Source of the DNA: Utricularia gibba
Lineage: Eukaryota > Plantae > Magnoliophyta
Direction of reading: 5' to 3'
Assembly (NCBI GenBank): GCA_002189035.1
Contig: NEEC01000004.1
Coordinates: 4,774,001 to 4,838,000 of the forward strand
DNA: 64,000 nucleotides
This document shows, in pieces, positions 61,469-64,000 of the stretch. Numbering within the stretch: position 1 is the first letter of the stretch; every line of letters begins with the position of its first letter. A model generated the notes under the pieces. It saw only the letters and a program-made list of their open reading frames with translations, made no database searches and was not told where the DNA came from. Position numbers and translations under genes: made by a program.

Positions 61469-63846
61469 TCAGAAGCCTGGACGTTTGATATTGCCCTTCC
61501 AATACGATACATGAACGGGAATGGAATCAGAACTGCACGTTGCAAAGCTCTTTGGATGATGTGTTCCTGCAGAGTTGCTAAAAGGCTCAATGGGGTTGTG
61601 AAAAAGTTGGAAAATACGTTGCTTGGGATGCTTTTTTTACCTCACTAAGTGACTAGAAGAACCAACGAGGCTCTGGGATTCGCCGGCGTTCATTCGTAGC
61701 CACCCATCTCTATTGCTGAAACCGGGTAGACAAGATTCACGTGATTATATGAACAATAAAACGATCCAACAAGTGAACCACAGAAAGAAGGAATCAAGGC
61801 ACTAGTTTGGAAAGGAGGAGGCTAATTCCTCTTTGCTTTTAAAATCCCTTTTTCAGATGGGGAAAAAGCATAGACATCTAAACTCTTCAATCACTCTACA
61901 TTTTCTGAAAAAAAGATGCTCGAAGTGAAGGGAATGAGTCATGAAATAGATCAGTAGCTTCTTTGTGGTAACATGGAAAAGCGAAAGAAGTAAAGATTTC
62001 ATCATCATTTCTGCTGCTACTCTTCTCCAAATCCAATACAGTCAGAGACTACGAACATGATACGGATACATCTGTGGGTATGTAAGTTTTTTTCACCTGG
62101 AAGAGTTGCTCCAGAGTCTAGGATTTGAGGATGTATAGTTTGTATCAGAATCCACTAGTGGGTCTCTTTGATCGATGATCTGCCGGATTCCGGTGGGTCG
62201 ATCGCTGCCGATCGTGGAGATGTCATCTTCACCACCAGACCCTTCTGAGTGACCTTCAAGAGAAACAAAAATATGATGAGCTCCATTAACTTAAAAACGC
62301 AGTAGCCATTGATTCTACTCGTCAAGAGCATGAATTTACCCGAGGAGGGTGCAGGCTTGTCGGTGGTCTTCACAGTTCGATACATCTGCAAGAATGATCA
62401 AAACCAGGGTCAGCAAAACGGGATTAAAATAAAAAAATCATGAATTTATTAAGTTAATCCATTTGTTGTGGAGTCTGCAGCAGATGGGAAGACTTTATCT
62501 CTGTTGTCTGGGGATTAAACAGTGAAGAGTTTAAATAATTGAGAAATGATGACTTTTCCTTCCAACTTTTAATATCATTCTATAAAGCTTCCCCATCTCT
62601 GCAGTTGCAGATCTCTCTCTCTCTTTGTAGAGAGCAATCTCTTGTCCCAAAGCTCCATTCTTTGAATTAATTAGAGTCTGAACTCATCGGAGATCGTGCC
62701 GAGAAATAAACGGAGACCCACACACAGATAACAAAGATAAAGACAGGGACAGAGTGCGAGATTAATTCGTTTTTTTTTCCCCATTTTGTTTCTGAAAGGA
62801 AGAAACTGAGTTTTTTTGTGTACCTGCAAATGGCTTTTCACATGAGCAAGCGTGAGATCCTTGACATCCATCAGCTCCAGAACTGACTTCGGGGTTGCTC
62901 CTGAATGATTTCAATACAAAAATATAAAATCTTGTTGACCTAAAGTTCCCAAACCAGAAAACCCCAACGGGAAAATAGAATCTTGATAATCCGGGGAGAT
63001 CGAAGGTTTAATCTTTAGGTGTGCGGTGTGAAGCAGAACTTGAAATTTTTAAAAAGAGGGGATTTAGAAAATACTTTCATGGCCGCCAAGGAGCTCAACT
63101 GCATGTACAAAACGAGCGTGAAGACTACTAGTCCATCTCATTCTCGGCGCCCTCATGCTTCTTTTACTCTGCATCTTGGGAAGAAACCTCGATCTCATAA
63201 CCCCGGGATGCGGAGCACCTCCCCCACCTTCAATACCAAACTGATGAGGGTAGCTCTGTGGGTGCATTTGATGAAACCCTCCGGCGCCGACGATTCGCGA
63301 AGCGGCGGCGACAGGGCCGCGGTAAAGACCGGCGCCACCGGCTGCAGGAGCGCCATTCGCAGTGAGATTCATCATCGGGAGATGATGATGATGATGATCC
63401 ATAGGTGCGGCTCCAGTGAAATACGGATGGGAAATTGGAGGTGAGGTCCAAGAAGGCATTTGGTAAAAACGCGTCTTTGGATCTTTTTGCTCCAAAGGTA
63501 AAAAAGGAAAGGGGCGATTTGTGGGGGGATAAACAGGAATACCCTTTATAGGTTGAGATGAAGAAGACTGTACGGCGTAATTTTGAAAAGGGTTTTGTGG
63601 GTCTTGTTGGTTTCCGCCACTGAAGCTCTTCGGAACCTCGAAATTTGTCCTGAGGGAGAGTTCGGTCGCCGGAGCTGCGGCGGCGGCGTCGGTGGAAGTT
63701 CCAGTAACCGAAAGGTCAAAATTGTGAACTTGCTGTTGCTGATGTCTATTTTTGGGCGATGAAACAAAATTTGGAGGGCTGATTTGTAGAGAAAGATCAG
63801 GCATTTGACTCGAAGAGAGCTCCAAGAAAACACCTTCCGTCGACAT
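61469..63846 (-). CDS. KAN1: KANADI1-like GARP transcription factor; exons 63846..63075, 62900..62824, 62385..62340, 62253..62097, ~61700..61641 and probably 61577..61469 (3' end uncertain)
   Basis: MSTEGVFLE..PDLSLQISPP, IKGIPVY, RAPRMRWTSSLHARFVHAVELLGGHE|RATPKSVLELMDVKDLTLAHVKSHLQ|MYRTVK, LWSNSS|..RDGWL. Confidence 0.88.
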
Positions 63847-64000
63847 TTTTTCCCCCTCCTCCTCCTCTTCTTCTTCTTCTTCTTCCTTGTCCTCTATACA
63901 GATTAGGATTCCGATTCCCAAAACCAATCTCACCACCACCACCACACGTATGGAGAAAGCTTCTGTCTTTGCAAAAATCTGCACCCTTGAAAAGGTGCCA

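Noticed and set aside
63846-63984. 46-codon N-terminal extension of KAN1 from a TTG
   Set aside because: It translates a GAA/GAG-repeat 5'UTR; the ATG at 63846 matches the family start.

Overview
Gene-dense plant (eudicot) nuclear DNA with about 22 recognisable protein-coding genes, most of them spliced. In order: UGD, a degenerate BAG8-like copy, EDL2-like F-box, RING-TM, ZF-HD, alpha-tubulin, IQD, VHA-d, TRX-h, GT14/GlcAT14, MMP, DUF716, NTR, ARF8, AAE5/6, LSM8, type I MADS, SET-domain (SDG40-like), cytosolic NADP-IDH, ALG11, a ubiquitin-like-domain gene, RPL39, LDIP and KANADI1-like. Exon boundaries were read by hand from GT-AG sites and most spliced lengths come out in frame. Seven apparent frameshifts in five otherwise intact genes are each fixed by adding one base, six of them clearly in a homopolymer, so they are probably consensus errors. 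The most interesting signals are: (1) an unannotated ~2.5-kb region upstream of ARF8 carrying a miR482/2118-type site that looks derived from an NLR P-loop, a candidate non-coding PHAS/TAS-like or target-mimic locus; (2) an apparently gained 68-nt intron in the ZF-HD gene, flanked by TACAGG repeats and carrying a U1-like segment that can pair with its own donor; (3) an alpha-tubulin that lacks one conserved intron, ends in -YN and has a C-ending-codon-rich last exon; (4) a KAN1-like gene that appears to lack its C-terminal LEFTLGR motif, next to an F-box-like relic. All family names and miRNA sequences are from memory; no database search was run.
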